The position numbers were made by a program, and so were the translations under genes. Shown in pieces: positions 1-9,032 of a DNA stretch of 64,000 bases. Each line of letters begins with the position of its first letter. The stretch's first letter is position 1. The stretch is from a bacterium. GTDB lineage: Bacteria > Patescibacteriota > Patescibacteriia > UBA1558 > UBA10009. Where the stretch lies: contig JABHGM010000001.1 of assembly GCA_018672055.1 (NCBI GenBank), forward strand, positions 608,977 through 672,976, read 5' to 3'. The notes beneath the pieces are model-generated. The model was given only the letters and a program-made list of their open reading frames with translations, was not told where the DNA came from and did no database searches.

Positions 1-540
1 AAAAGATGTCCAATTGATTTTTTAGATTTAGAACTTCTTAAATTAAAGAAAATGGGTTTTAAGTATAAAGTGCTTAAAAAATATAAGGCACGTAATAAAA
101 AAACTAACTTAGTAGATATTAAAACATTTCCTTCAGATTTAGTAGCTTTACCTGATAAAATATATGGACGTCCTTATCCTGGACTTAACATTGATAATTT
201 ACCTTTCTTTGTACCAATAGCAACTCAAGCCAAAGGTAGAACTTTTATTCATGATTGGGCATATGAGAATAGATCAATCTATTTTACTGAATTTAATAAA
301 CTAGGCGCTTCAATACAATTAAATGATCAACATAGACTATTTGTAGAAGGACCTACTAAATTAACTGGCACAGAAATAATGTGTCCTTCAGCACTACGTC
401 CGGGAGCTATTTTAATTGTTGGCATGCTAGCAGCTCAAGGTGAGTCTGTTTTAAGGGATGTCTATCAAGTAGAAAGAGGCTATGAAGATTTACATAAACG
501 TTTACTTACTCTAGGAGCTAAAATAGTTAAGAAAGATTAG
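1..540 (+). CDS. murA: UDP-N-acetylglucosamine 1-carboxyvinyltransferase (MurA), C-terminal part. The ORF is open from base 1, so the 5' end lies outside the window.
   Basis: Frame is open from position 1. The C-terminal motif block (…RPGAILIVGMLAAQGESVLRDVYQVERGYEDLHKRLLTLGAKI) matches the MurA/EPSP-synthase fold C-terminus. Confidence 0.75.
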   Translation, partial: KRCPIDFLDLELLKLKKMGFKYKVLKKYKARNKKTNLVDIKTFPSDLVALPDKIYGRPYPGLNIDNLPFFVPIATQAKGRTFIHDWAYENRSIYFTEFNKLGASIQLNDQHRLFVEGPTKLTGTEIMCPSALRPGAILIVGMLAAQGESVLRDVYQVERGYEDLHKRLLTLGAKIVKKD

Positions 541-596
541 TTTTGACTAAATTGATATTTTCTGATAAAATATTGATATTATAATTTACAAAAAGC

Positions 597-1868
597 ATGG
601 AAAGTTACTCAAATTTACCAAGTGGTTACAATTTAAAAAACAAGAAAATAATACTAGGTGTTAGCCTTTTGATCCTCGCGATCATTATTTTTTTTATTGG
701 CTTAGTAGTTGGCTTAAATAAGCAATTAGATTTAGAAAAATCACCTAGTGGAATTCAAGATACAGGTAGAGTACTAAATACCGATGCTTTACCTGAATAT
801 TTAGCTAAAGATGTTAATTTTAAGCTCTTTTGGAAGGTTTGGGATATAATTAGATCTAAGTATATAGATCGTGATCAAATAACTGATGCTCAGCTATTTT
901 ATGGCTCTATGAAGGGTGTAGTAGCTGCTTTAGGCGATCCATATTCTGTATTTTTAGATCCTGTCATATCTGAGGAATTTACTGAGGAGTTATCTGGTAA
1001 GTTTCAAGGTATTGGCGCTGAAATTGGTATGAAACAAGAACGTTTAACTATTATTTCACCTTTACCTGAATCACCAGCAGAAAAAGCCGGTTTAAAGCCA
1101 GGTGATAAGGTAATGGCTATTGATGGTAATGAAACTACAGGTATATCCTTAGATGAAGCTGTTAAGCAGATTAGAGGTGAAAAAGGTACTGAAGTTATTT
1201 TAACTGTGGCTCGTGAAAATGCAGATTCATTTTTAGACATAACTATTACTAGAGATACTATTGATATTAAAAGTGTAGTTTTAGAAATGAAAGATAATAT
1301 TGGATATATTAAATTAACTCATTTTAATCAAGATACAGCGCAAGAGTTTGGTGAAATTGTTAATGAACTTTTAACTAAGTCTCCTAAAGGTGTAATTCTA
1401 GATCTTAGAAATAATGCTGGTGGCTATTTAGACGTAGCTATAGAAATAGCTGGTTATTGGGTAAAAAATGGTGATGTTGTAGTTAAAGAAAGCTTTGGTG
1501 ATGTTGAAATTGATAGAAACTATAATTCAACAGGTCAAGAGCAACTTGCTAGTTATAAGACAGTAGTAATTGTAAATGGCGGTAGTGCTTCAGCCTCAGA
1601 AATTGTAGCTGGTGCTTTACAAGATTTTGAATTAGCTAATGTAGTTGGTGAGGTTACATTTGGTAAAGGTTCTGTACAAGAACTTGAACAATTAAGTGAT
1701 GGTTCATCTGTAAAAATAACAATTGCTCGTTGGTTAACACCATTTGGTAGATCTATTGATAAAGAAGGTGTTGCACCTGATGAGATTGTTGAATTCACTG
1801 AAGAGAATTATGAAAATGAGGAAGATCCACAATTAGATAGAGCTTTAGAAATAATAAATAACGAATAA
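597..1868 (+). CDS. ctpA: Carboxy-terminal processing protease (S41 family) with PDZ domain and N-terminal membrane anchor
   Basis: PDZ-like segment GIGAEIGMKQERLTIISPLPESPAEKAGLKPGDKVMAIDG. S41 core motifs LDLRNNAGGYL and GSASASEIVAGALQD. Hydrophobic N-terminus. Confidence 0.85.
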   Translation: MESYSNLPSGYNLKNKKIILGVSLLILAIIIFFIGLVVGLNKQLDLEKSPSGIQDTGRVLNTDALPEYLAKDVNFKLFWKVWDIIRSKYIDRDQITDAQLFYGSMKGVVAALGDPYSVFLDPVISEEFTEELSGKFQGIGAEIGMKQERLTIISPLPESPAEKAGLKPGDKVMAIDGNETTGISLDEAVKQIRGEKGTEVILTVARENADSFLDITITRDTIDIKSVVLEMKDNIGYIKLTHFNQDTAQEFGEIVNELLTKSPKGVILDLRNNAGGYLDVAIEIAGYWVKNGDVVVKESFGDVEIDRNYNSTGQEQLASYKTVVIVNGGSASASEIVAGALQDFELANVVGEVTFGKGSVQELEQLSDGSSVKITIARWLTPFGRSIDKEGVAPDEIVEFTEENYENEEDPQLDRALEIINNE

Positions 1869-1870
1869 CT

Positions 1871-2314
1871 ATGAAAGTAATATTAATCGAAGATGTTAAA
1901 AGTTTAGGGGAAAAAGGCGATGTAAAGAATGTAGCTAATGGCTATGCTCGTAATTTTTTAATTCCACAAGGACAAGTTAAGAGAGCTACTAAAGAAAATA
2001 TAGCTGAATTAAATAAGCTAAAAGAGAAAAGTGAAGTAAAGGAAGCTAAAGTATTAAAAAATAAGGTAGAAGTTACTAAGAAGTTAAAAAAAGTAGCTTT
2101 AAATTTTAAAGCTAAGGCTTCAGAGACTGGTCATTTATTTGCAGCTATAAATTCAAAAGATATAGCTTCTGAACTTCTTAAAAAAGGTATTAAAGTTAAA
2201 GCTTCACAATTAGTAATTGATAAGCCTCTTAAAGAAGTAGGTAATAATGAGATAAAAGTTAAAATAAATAATGAAGAAGTGGTTTTAAATATAAAGATTG
2301 AAGCTATTAAATAA
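1871..2314 (+). CDS. rplI: 50S ribosomal protein L9
   Basis: N-terminus MKVILIEDVKSLGEKGDVKNVANGYARNFLIPQG is the canonical L9 signature. Size 147 aa. Confidence 0.9.
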   Translation: MKVILIEDVKSLGEKGDVKNVANGYARNFLIPQGQVKRATKENIAELNKLKEKSEVKEAKVLKNKVEVTKKLKKVALNFKAKASETGHLFAAINSKDIASELLKKGIKVKASQLVIDKPLKEVGNNEIKVKINNEEVVLNIKIEAIK

Positions 2315-2315
2315 T

Positions 2316-4007
2316 ATGGGTGATAAAAAAACAAAATACATATTTGTCTCAGGTGGTGTTTTATCAGGGCTTGGTAAAGGTGTTGTTGCTGCTTCACTTG
2401 GTACTCTTCTTCAAAATAGAGGATATAAGATAGGTGTTATTAAATGTGAGAACTATATTAACATAGATTCTGGTACTATTAATCCTATTGAACATGGAGA
2501 TCCTTTTTTATGTGAAGATGGCTTAGAAGCAGATATGGATCTTGGTACTTATGAAAGATTTTTAAATCAAGAAATGGGTCAAAGGAACTTTACTACCATG
2601 GGTCAGATATATAAGACAGTAATTGATAGAGAAAGATCATTTGGTTATAAAGGTGAAGATGTAGAAGCTATACCTCACGTTTCTGATGAAATAATTACTC
2701 GTATTAAAAACGCTGGTGAAGGTAAAGATATTATTATAATAGAACTGGGTGGTACAGCAGGTGAGTATCAAAATATGCTTTACTATGAAGCTTGTCGTAT
2801 TATGAAAGCTAAAATGCCAGGTAGAGTATTAAATATACATGTAAGTTATGTACCAATACCAAATCATATTGGTGAACCCAAAACAATGCCTACTCAATTA
2901 TCTATTAGAACTGTAATGAGTATGGGTATTTTACCTGAATTCTTAGTATTAAGATCAGAAGCTTTAATTGATAAGAGAAGAAAGTATTTATTAGGTTTAA
3001 AAACTAGTGTTGAGGGAGATAATGTAATAATGGCTCAAGATCTAGGCACTATCTATGAATTACCTGTAGTATTTGCTAAACAAGAATTTGATAGAAAAGT
3101 ACTTAAATATTTTAATTTACCACTTAGAACACCTAAACTTGGTGAATGGAATAAGATGGTTAAAAAGATTAAATCAGAAAAAAAGAGAAAGATTAATATA
3201 GTAATTGCTGGTAAATATATTAGTACAGGGGATTATGAATTACTTGATTCATATGCTTCCTTAATTGAGGCTATTCAACATGCTTGTTGGCATTTAAATA
3301 CAGAACTTAATTTAAGATTTGTAAATACTGAAGATATTGAAAAAGAAGGTGTTAAATTAATTAAAAAACCAGATGGTATTATTGTGCCAATTGGTTGGGG
3401 TAATAGGGGAGCTGAAGGTAAAATATCTGCTATTAAATACGCTCGTGAGAAAAAAATACCTTATTTAGGTTTGTGTTATGGTATGCAACTAGCTTGTGTT
3501 GAATTTGCTCGTAACGTAGTTGGTTTAAAAGATGCAAATTCAGTAGAAATGAATCCTGATACTCCGGACCCAATAATTCATGATATTCCTATGAATAGTA
3601 AGTATCAAGTTATAAAAGGTAAAGGAACTTCAATGAGACTTGGTTCATTTGATTGCTATTTAAAAAATAATACATTAGCTTCTTCAGTATATTTAAAGCA
3701 TAATCAAGCTGAAGAATTAAGTGATAATCAAAAAGCTAAAGAAAAAGTAACAGCAGCTGGCAATATTAAAATATCTGAAAGACATAGACATAGATTTGAA
3801 TTTAATAATGAGTATAGAGAAAAGCTAGAAGAAAAAGGTCTAATTATATCTGGTACTTCTCCTGATAACTTCTTTGTTGAAGTAATTGAATTACCTAAAT
3901 CTATGCATCCTTTCTTTATTGCTACACAAGGACATCCAGAGTATAAGTCATCACCACTTAAACCACATCCAATATTTGTTGAATTCCTTCGTGCTGGACT
4001 TAAATAA
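2316..4007 (+). CDS. pyrG: CTP synthase. The ORF track starts at 2298; the start at 2316 gives the canonical N-terminus.
   Basis: TKYIFVSGGVLSGLGKG P-loop-like N-terminus. C-terminal glutamine amidotransferase motifs (LGLCYGMQLA, GHPEYKS). ATG at 2316 follows the rplI stop. Confidence 0.9.
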   Translation: MGDKKTKYIFVSGGVLSGLGKGVVAASLGTLLQNRGYKIGVIKCENYINIDSGTINPIEHGDPFLCEDGLEADMDLGTYERFLNQEMGQRNFTTMGQIYKTVIDRERSFGYKGEDVEAIPHVSDEIITRIKNAGEGKDIIIIELGGTAGEYQNMLYYEACRIMKAKMPGRVLNIHVSYVPIPNHIGEPKTMPTQLSIRTVMSMGILPEFLVLRSEALIDKRRKYLLGLKTSVEGDNVIMAQDLGTIYELPVVFAKQEFDRKVLKYFNLPLRTPKLGEWNKMVKKIKSEKKRKINIVIAGKYISTGDYELLDSYASLIEAIQHACWHLNTELNLRFVNTEDIEKEGVKLIKKPDGIIVPIGWGNRGAEGKISAIKYAREKKIPYLGLCYGMQLACVEFARNVVGLKDANSVEMNPDTPDPIIHDIPMNSKYQVIKGKGTSMRLGSFDCYLKNNTLASSVYLKHNQAEELSDNQKAKEKVTAAGNIKISERHRHRFEFNNEYREKLEEKGLIISGTSPDNFFVEVIELPKSMHPFFIATQGHPEYKSSPLKPHPIFVEFLRAGLK

Positions 4008-4016
4008 TATATTACT
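3973..4016 (+). repeat. Copy 1 of a 44-bp direct repeat: last 29 nt of pyrG plus 15 nt downstream
   Basis: TATTTGTTGAATTCCTTCGTGCTGGACTTAAATAATATATTACT recurs at 5917-5960 with a single mismatch. Confidence 0.85.
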
Positions 4017-4042
4017 AATATATAATAATTTAGTTAAAAAAT

Positions 4043-5149
4043 ATGGGTAGTGAGCAACCAAAAATTGAGACAATAGAGGGTCAATCAGATAGTAATATAT
4101 CTGAGGAAGATATTAAAAATTTTAAAAAGCCAGAATCACCTGAGCTTGTAGACGAAATGATGGAGAGTGTAACTGAAGATGAGAAAAAAGCACTAATAAA
4201 TATTAACGAACAGCTTCCTAGTAGTGTAAAAGCACAAATTCTTGCAGGAGTTAAAAATAACATTCAAATTTTAAAAGAGTTTGGAAACAATATAGGTGAA
4301 AAGATTGATTGGGACAAAGTAGATAAAAAGAAATTAATTGCTTTAGGCATATATGGAGCTGGTGCATTAATGGGTGGTGTTGCAGATAATGTTGAAGCTG
4401 AAGATTCCAATGATGGACTTGATTCTGATTTTATTAAAGGTACTTTATCATCTTCAATTAGCAATTTTGAACAGATTGATGGATTATCACAGGAAGAGGG
4501 TAGTCTATTTATAAGAAAAGCAATAGCTTTAGCTGAAGTAAATGATATGGATAGATTGAATTATGGATTTGCCGTGAATGAAATGGAATCATGGGTAAAA
4601 TATTCTCATGAAAATAATGTTTCGATGCAACAGTTTGAGTATGGCTTAGATGAGATTGTTGCTAAGTTTTCTGAACCTGAGAATAAAGAAGGTAGTGATG
4701 ATCAAGAATCTGCAGAATTTAATAAATACGAAGACATGACAGCTGATTTACCAGAGACAGGAGAATTAGAGTTTAATGATAATTTTTCTGAATATGAAAA
4801 GATGCAAATACAGGAATACTATGATGTTAATGTAGGGACAGTTAATGAATTGACTAAACTGTTGACAGAATGGGAAGCTAAATATGGATATAAATCTAAT
4901 TTTGCTTCATTTGAAAATAATGTAAAAGATAGGGTAGATTCAATTATTAGTGAATTAAATGATATAAAAGATGGAGTACAGAGATCTGATTATAAAATAG
5001 AAGTAAGTATTAGTAGTGTAGGTGGTAATCCTTCTAGATTGAAAGCTGAAGGAATAATGAATATAGTTGAGGCTAAGAGTCATTTATTAAGTGATAGTGA
5101 AATAATTGAAAAACTTTTTGATGATATGAAAAAAGAGACAGGAAGGTAA
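4043..5149 (+). CDS. Hypothetical acidic protein (368 aa) inside the repeat-bounded insert
   Basis: Long ORF rich in D/E with no recognisable catalytic motif. Own terminator downstream. Confidence 0.5.
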   Translation: MGSEQPKIETIEGQSDSNISEEDIKNFKKPESPELVDEMMESVTEDEKKALININEQLPSSVKAQILAGVKNNIQILKEFGNNIGEKIDWDKVDKKKLIALGIYGAGALMGGVADNVEAEDSNDGLDSDFIKGTLSSSISNFEQIDGLSQEEGSLFIRKAIALAEVNDMDRLNYGFAVNEMESWVKYSHENNVSMQQFEYGLDEIVAKFSEPENKEGSDDQESAEFNKYEDMTADLPETGELEFNDNFSEYEKMQIQEYYDVNVGTVNELTKLLTEWEAKYGYKSNFASFENNVKDRVDSIISELNDIKDGVQRSDYKIEVSISSVGGNPSRLKAEGIMNIVEAKSHLLSDSEIIEKLFDDMKKETGR

Positions 5150-5170
5150 TAGTATAAAGATATTTTTTAA

Positions 5171-5200
5171 AAGCTTTATCGCTAATGATAAGGCTTTTTT
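5171..5200 (+). terminator. Rho-independent terminator after the 4043-5149 gene
   Basis: Hairpin AAGCTTTATCGC…GATAAGGCTT followed by TTTTTT. Confidence 0.5.
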
Positions 5201-5264
5201 GAATATTTTATGCGATTGGTAATTTAATAGCCATAAACTATATTTTCTTTAGTTATTTGTATAT

Positions 5265-5293
5265 TTGACAAAATAATGTAAATATGGTAGTAT
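5265..5293 (+). promoter_or_regulatory. Putative sigma-70-type promoter for the 5352 gene
   Basis: TTGACA, 17-bp spacer, TAGTAT. Followed by an AAGGAA RBS ahead of the ATG at 5352. Confidence 0.4.
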
Positions 5294-5351
5294 ACAGTAT
5301 TAGGGTAATGCACTTTAATAAATAAACATAGTAAATCAAAAAAGGAAAATA

Positions 5352-5756
5352 ATGAAATATTTTATTTCTATTCTAATAGTTATGGTTAACTTATCTACCA
5401 TAAATGCGCAGAAAGAAACCATGACATGCAATGAGATTCTTAGCTTCACTACAATAATTAACAGGACTATTGAGATTGAAAATAATGAATATAAAATGTA
5501 TGCAATCTTGCAAGTTCCTGTTTCTGAAAACGAGTGGCTTCTTGAGCATGGATATGCTTTAGACGAAATTGTTTATGTAAAAGGGTTTGGTAAAAGTGAT
5601 AATTTAACACTAACAAGAGAAATCGCTACAATGGACGCAAGAGGAAATGCAGCTTGTCTCGGATATGAGGAAATAAGAATCAATCAAACCGTGAAAAAGG
5701 ATTCTTGGCAAAAAAATAAAAGAATGATAGATAAATTATTATTTTGGAGAAAATAA
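5352..5756 (+). CDS. Small secreted protein (134 aa) with predicted signal peptide; hypothetical
   Basis: N-terminus MKYFISILIVMVNLSTINAQ resembles a Sec signal peptide. RBS present. Strong terminator immediately downstream. Confidence 0.5.
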   Translation: MKYFISILIVMVNLSTINAQKETMTCNEILSFTTIINRTIEIENNEYKMYAILQVPVSENEWLLEHGYALDEIVYVKGFGKSDNLTLTREIATMDARGNAACLGYEEIRINQTVKKDSWQKNKRMIDKLLFWRK

Positions 5757-5783
5757 TACGTCATTATTTCAATAATTGTTAAT

Positions 5784-5815
5784 CCGGCTAATAAATTTAT
5801 TAGCCGGGTTTTTTC
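5784..5815 (+). terminator. Rho-independent terminator
   Basis: Perfect hairpin CCGGCTAATAAATTTATTAGCCGG followed by GTTTTTTCT. Confidence 0.75.
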
Positions 5816-5916
5816 TATTAAAAACTGATAAATCTAATTATTATTATGTATTGATATTATATTCATATTATTGTAATATATGTTCATATATAACAAATAA
5901 AATATCTGAAAGACTA

Positions 5917-5960
5917 TATTTGTTGAATTCCTACGTGCTGGACTTAAATAATATATTACT
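5917..5960 (+). repeat. Copy 2 of the 44-bp direct repeat of the pyrG 3' end
   Basis: 43/44 identity to 3973-4016. Lies in non-coding DNA upstream of the 6059 gene. Confidence 0.85.
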
Positions 5961-5974
5961 TATATTGAATAATA

Positions 5975-6003
5975 TTGACATTTCACAAAGCTTAAGTTAG
6001 TAT
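5975..6003 (+). promoter_or_regulatory. Putative promoter for the repeat-protein gene
   Basis: TTGACA, 17 bp, TAGTAT, with TATATA just downstream. About 55 nt before the ATG at 6059. Confidence 0.35.
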
Positions 6004-6058
6004 ATAACTTAAGTTTTCTTACTTATTGATTGTTTAATTATTGTTAAGTTAGTCAAAT

Positions 6059-7861
6059 ATGGAAAATAGTGGTGAAAAATTTTTACACCAAAAAGATCCT
6101 AAATTACACGTTAGTGATTTTGTTGAACACGAGCAATCTAGAAAGAAGAGATCAAGTCAAGAAACATCACAAAAGCCTGTTGATAAGATTTCTGATTGGT
6201 TAGAAGTTATTGAAAAAACTCATATGGGTCATGAAGATGACCCTCGTGTTTTAGAACGTCTTAAAGATTATTATCATAACCAGCATGTTATTAAACCAGA
6301 TGATGTTCCAGAAAGCTATTTTGAAAATCAGAGAAGATTAGCTAGAGAACAAGGGCATGGTGATGTTGAAGTTTCAGATATAGATAAACAACAATTAACT
6401 GAAGCAATTATTTCAGATCAACGTTCTACTCTTGATAATTGGATAAATTATTACACTTCTTCACATTCAGAAAGTTTTCCTACTTGGTCTAAGCATTGGT
6501 CATTTAATGGCATGTTGAAATTATCAAATTATGATAAGGAAAAACATAAATTTAATAAAAGAAGTAAAGATACTGTAGCTCCTTTTCCAGATTTAAATCG
6601 TGAAGCTTTAGCTCATGTAGTTAATGCAATAGTGAAACAAGTTAAAGATGTAAAAGTGAAAGAAGCTAAAGATAAACAAGTTAAAGATGAAGATACACTA
6701 GATATACAGAAGGATCCAGAATTTGAAAAATTACTTCAAGATGCTAATTTTGCTAAACTATATGCTTATGCAATTGAAAAGGTAACTCCTGCTAAGGAAA
6801 GTGAATTATTAAGCACTAAAGGTGAATGGATTAAATATGATAAAGATTCAGATCATATGCCATTAGTTAATTCAATTCAAGGTCATGGTACTGGTTGGTG
6901 TACAGCTGGAGAATCAACAGCTGAAAGTCAGCTAAAAAATGGTGACTTTTTTGTTTATTATTCTCAAGATAAAAAAGGTGATTTTAAGACTCCTAGAGCA
7001 GCTATTAGAATGAATGGTAATGATATAGCTGAAGTTAGAGGTATAGCTCATGAACAAAATTTAGATCCATATATTAATGATACAGTAGACGAAAAATTAA
7101 AAGATTTTCCAAATGGTGAAGCGTATAAAAAGAAAACAGCTGATATGAAAAGATTAACTGAAATTGAAAATATTTTAAAAAAGGGACGAGAATTAGATAA
7201 AAATGATTTGAGATTTTTATATCAAGTTGATGATACAATAGAAGGATTTGGCTATCGTGATGATCCTAGAATAGAAGAAATTATAGAAGAAAGAGATAAA
7301 AAAAGTGATTTATCTCAAATTTTTAATATTGAAAAAAATAAGATTAGTATAACTAAAAATGAAGCGATTAATAACGAAGATATTGTTTATCATTATGGTG
7401 GTCTTTATCTAACCGGCTTAACTTCACTAGAAGGTTTAAAATTACCGGAAACTGTTAATGGTGATTTAGATCTAAGAGGTTTAACTTCAGCAGAAGGTTT
7501 AAGATTGCCAGAAACTGTCAATGGTAATTTAAATCTAAGCGGCTTAACTTCAGCAGAAGGCTTAAAACTACCAGAAACTGTCAATGGTAATTTAAGTCTA
7601 ATCAGCCTAACCTCAGCAGAAGGCTTAAAATTTCCAGAAACTGTCAATGGTAATTTAAATCTAATCAGCTTAACTTCAGCAGATGGTTTAAATCTCCCAG
7701 AAACTGTCAATGGTGGTCTTCATCTAACCGGCTTAACTTCACTAGAAGGCTTAAAACTGCCAGAAACTGTCAATGGTTTTATTTATATAGGAGGCTTAGT
7801 AGAGGCAGAAATATCAGATTTAAAAAAAAGTGATAAAGTTTTCATGGTTAAAGAAGGTTGA
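6059..7861 (+). CDS. Large hypothetical protein (600 aa) with six C-terminal 20-aa leucine-rich (LRR-like) tandem repeats
   Basis: Repeats LTSxEGLKLPETVNGxLxLxG occur six times. The N-terminal ~440 aa are non-repetitive. Confidence 0.6.
   Translation: MENSGEKFLHQKDPKLHVSDFVEHEQSRKKRSSQETSQKPVDKISDWLEVIEKTHMGHEDDPRVLERLKDYYHNQHVIKPDDVPESYFENQRRLAREQGHGDVEVSDIDKQQLTEAIISDQRSTLDNWINYYTSSHSESFPTWSKHWSFNGMLKLSNYDKEKHKFNKRSKDTVAPFPDLNREALAHVVNAIVKQVKDVKVKEAKDKQVKDEDTLDIQKDPEFEKLLQDANFAKLYAYAIEKVTPAKESELLSTKGEWIKYDKDSDHMPLVNSIQGHGTGWCTAGESTAESQLKNGDFFVYYSQDKKGDFKTPRAAIRMNGNDIAEVRGIAHEQNLDPYINDTVDEKLKDFPNGEAYKKKTADMKRLTEIENILKKGRELDKNDLRFLYQVDDTIEGFGYRDDPRIEEIIEERDKKSDLSQIFNIEKNKISITKNEAINNEDIVYHYGGLYLTGLTSLEGLKLPETVNGDLDLRGLTSAEGLRLPETVNGNLNLSGLTSAEGLKLPETVNGNLSLISLTSAEGLKFPETVNGNLNLISLTSADGLNLPETVNGGLHLTGLTSLEGLKLPETVNGFIYIGGLVEAEISDLKKSDKVFMVKEG
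7396..7790 (+). repeat. Six in-frame 60-bp tandem coding repeats with a duplicated lead-in
   Basis: Units start at 7418. The first and sixth units, and the GGTGGTCTT(T/C)ATCTAACCGGC lead-in before them, are near-identical. The antisense ORF 7405..7710 is a repeat shadow. Confidence 0.85.
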
Positions 7862-7870
7862 CATTTTATT

Positions 7871-7904
7871 AAAACTGAGTTAATATATTACTCAGTTTTA
7901 TTGT
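7871..7904 (+). terminator. Rho-independent terminator of the repeat-protein gene, abutting the tRNA
   Basis: Perfect inverted repeat AAAACTGAGT(taatatatta)ACTCAGTTTT followed by ATTGTT. Confidence 0.6.
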
Positions 7905-7978
7905 TCGGAGGTCGTCTAACGGTAGGACACCTGGTTTTGGTCCAGGCAATAGGGGTTCGATTCCCTTCCTCCGAGCCA
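7905..7978 (+). tRNA. tRNA-Gln (anticodon UUG), CCA encoded
   Basis: Folded by hand. The 7-bp acceptor stem TCGGAGG/CCTCCGA pairs. D-arm GTCT-AACGGTA-GGAC carries the GG. Anticodon stem CCTGG/CCAGG encloses loop TTTTGGT, giving anticodon TTG. T-arm AGGGG-TTCGATT-CCCTT is followed by discriminator G and CCA. Confidence 0.8.
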
Positions 7979-8170
7979 AATAATTTATGCTATAATACTA
8001 GTATATTAATCCACTAATCATTTTTATATGGCTAAAGGAAATAACTCACACAAAAAAGAGAAAAAGAAACCTAAGAAAAAGGATAAGAAATAGATTATAT
8101 TCTCTTTTTGAGTCAAATAAAAGATCATCTATTAAATTAGGTGATTTTTTGATTTATATTTGAATAATGA

Positions 8171-8199
8171 TTGACTTAGTAGTAATAAGATGATATATT
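8171..8199 (+). promoter_or_regulatory. Strong sigma-70-like promoter with extended -10
   Basis: TTGACT, 17 bp, TGaTATATT. About 50 nt upstream of the 8250 ATG, which has an AGGAG RBS. Confidence 0.55.
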
Positions 8200-8249
8200 C
8201 ATTTATTGTTCATTTTATTAATCAGTCACAAATTATTTAGGAGACCATA

Positions 8250-8495
8250 ATGAGTGAAAAAAGAGATATGATAGATGGTAAATGGTATAAACTTACACCA
8301 CCATCGGTTATAGGTGGAAAAAGTTATTCTCTTGTTTGCTGTGAGTATAAAGATCTAAATCCAAAGTATCCAAATGATTATATTGTAAAAGGTATATCAG
8401 AAGGTGGAACTGAACTTGAAAGTTTTATCTTACGCTTTGGAGATAAAGGTGTATGTGTAGAACTAGCAGAACCACCAACTCAAGAATCAAATTAA
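8250..8495 (+). CDS. Hypothetical small protein (81 aa)
   Basis: Good RBS (AGGAGACCATA-ATG), dedicated promoter and terminator. No recognisable domain. Confidence 0.5.
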   Translation: MSEKRDMIDGKWYKLTPPSVIGGKSYSLVCCEYKDLNPKYPNDYIVKGISEGGTELESFILRFGDKGVCVELAEPPTQESN

Positions 8496-8521
8496 GAGTA
8501 GCTGAATAAGCTTATTACTTA

Positions 8522-8547
8522 AGACTTCCTTCGGGAGGTCTTTTTTT
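8522..8547 (+). terminator. Rho-independent terminator
   Basis: Hairpin AGACTTCC-TTCG-GGAGGTCT followed by TTTTTTT. Confidence 0.6.
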
Positions 8548-8562
8548 AACCTAAATAAAAAA

Positions 8563-8589
8563 AACCGTCTTTAATTATCTGACGGTTTT
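8563..8589 (-). terminator. Conserved terminator module T1 of paralog A. An A-tract precedes it and a T-rich run follows.
   Basis: AACCGTCTTTAATTATCTGACGGTT hairpin. Nearly identical to 9749-9775 and related to 16062-16081. Confidence 0.6.
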
Positions 8590-8615
8590 GATATAAATGA
8601 TATTTGATTAAAGTG

Positions 8616-9011
8616 TTACTTTATTACAAATTCAATATTTATCTGGTCCGTAAATTTACCTTTGCTTTCATATAATATTCCAACAGAAATTATTACATTT
8701 TCATTCCAAGCTTTTTCTAAACCTTTAAAAGCTTTATCTGTTATTACAGTATTTGAAAATCCATAATATTCTCTTTGTTCAGTAGTTAGATGAATAGTTA
8801 CATGTCCTTTGTCTATTAACTTGTATACTATATCTAAGTCTATAATAAACTTTTTTAGCATACGAGGTGTAATAACATTTAACATGGTATTGATAGCGTC
8901 TGATTTATCTTTATCTACATCCGTGATTATTTCGCTAATTTTACCAAGCTTTTTTGATCTTTTTTGAATAACATTCATTAAATAATTATTTTGTAATTTA
9001 TCGGTCTCCAT
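8616..9011 (-). CDS. Small-protein family member A (131 aa); function unknown
   Basis: Homologous to the 9786..10196 and 16096..16461 products (shared YY/…LEKAWNENVII block). RBS AAAGAGG present. Confidence 0.6.
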   Translation of the reverse strand: METDKLQNNYLMNVIQKRSKKLGKISEIITDVDKDKSDAINTMLNVITPRMLKKFIIDLDIVYKLIDKGHVTIHLTTEQREYYGFSNTVITDKAFKGLEKAWNENVIISVGILYESKGKFTDQINIEFVIK

Positions 9012-9032
9012 GATTATTCCTCTTTATTGTTT

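Noticed and set aside
1004-1798. Minus-strand ORFs 1004..1240 and 1553..1798 inside ctpA
   Set aside because: They lie fully within a well-supported plus-strand gene and are low-complexity Ser/Pro-rich translations. These are shadow ORFs.
2131-2397. Minus ORF overlapping the rplI/pyrG junction
   Set aside because: Antisense to two conserved genes. No RBS. Shadow ORF.
4081-4464. Two minus-strand ORFs inside the 4043..5149 gene
   Set aside because: Antisense to the longer ORF, which has RBS, promoter and terminator context. These have none.
5776-6000. 74-aa plus ORF
   Set aside because: It runs through a strong terminator hairpin, the direct-repeat copy and the promoter of the next gene. Low-complexity I/L/N/Y translation.
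7405-7710. Antisense 101-aa ORF and a superficially array-like 60-bp periodic region
   Set aside because: The periodicity is in frame within the long plus-strand gene. The minus ORF is a mirror of the coding repeats. There are no unique spacers between repeats, so it is not a CRISPR array.
8031-8096. 21-codon lysine-rich mini-ORF (MAKGNNSHKKEKKKPKKKDKK) after the tRNA
   Set aside because: Too short, and no RBS or conservation evidence is available. It is mentioned in the tRNA-region finding but not called as a gene.
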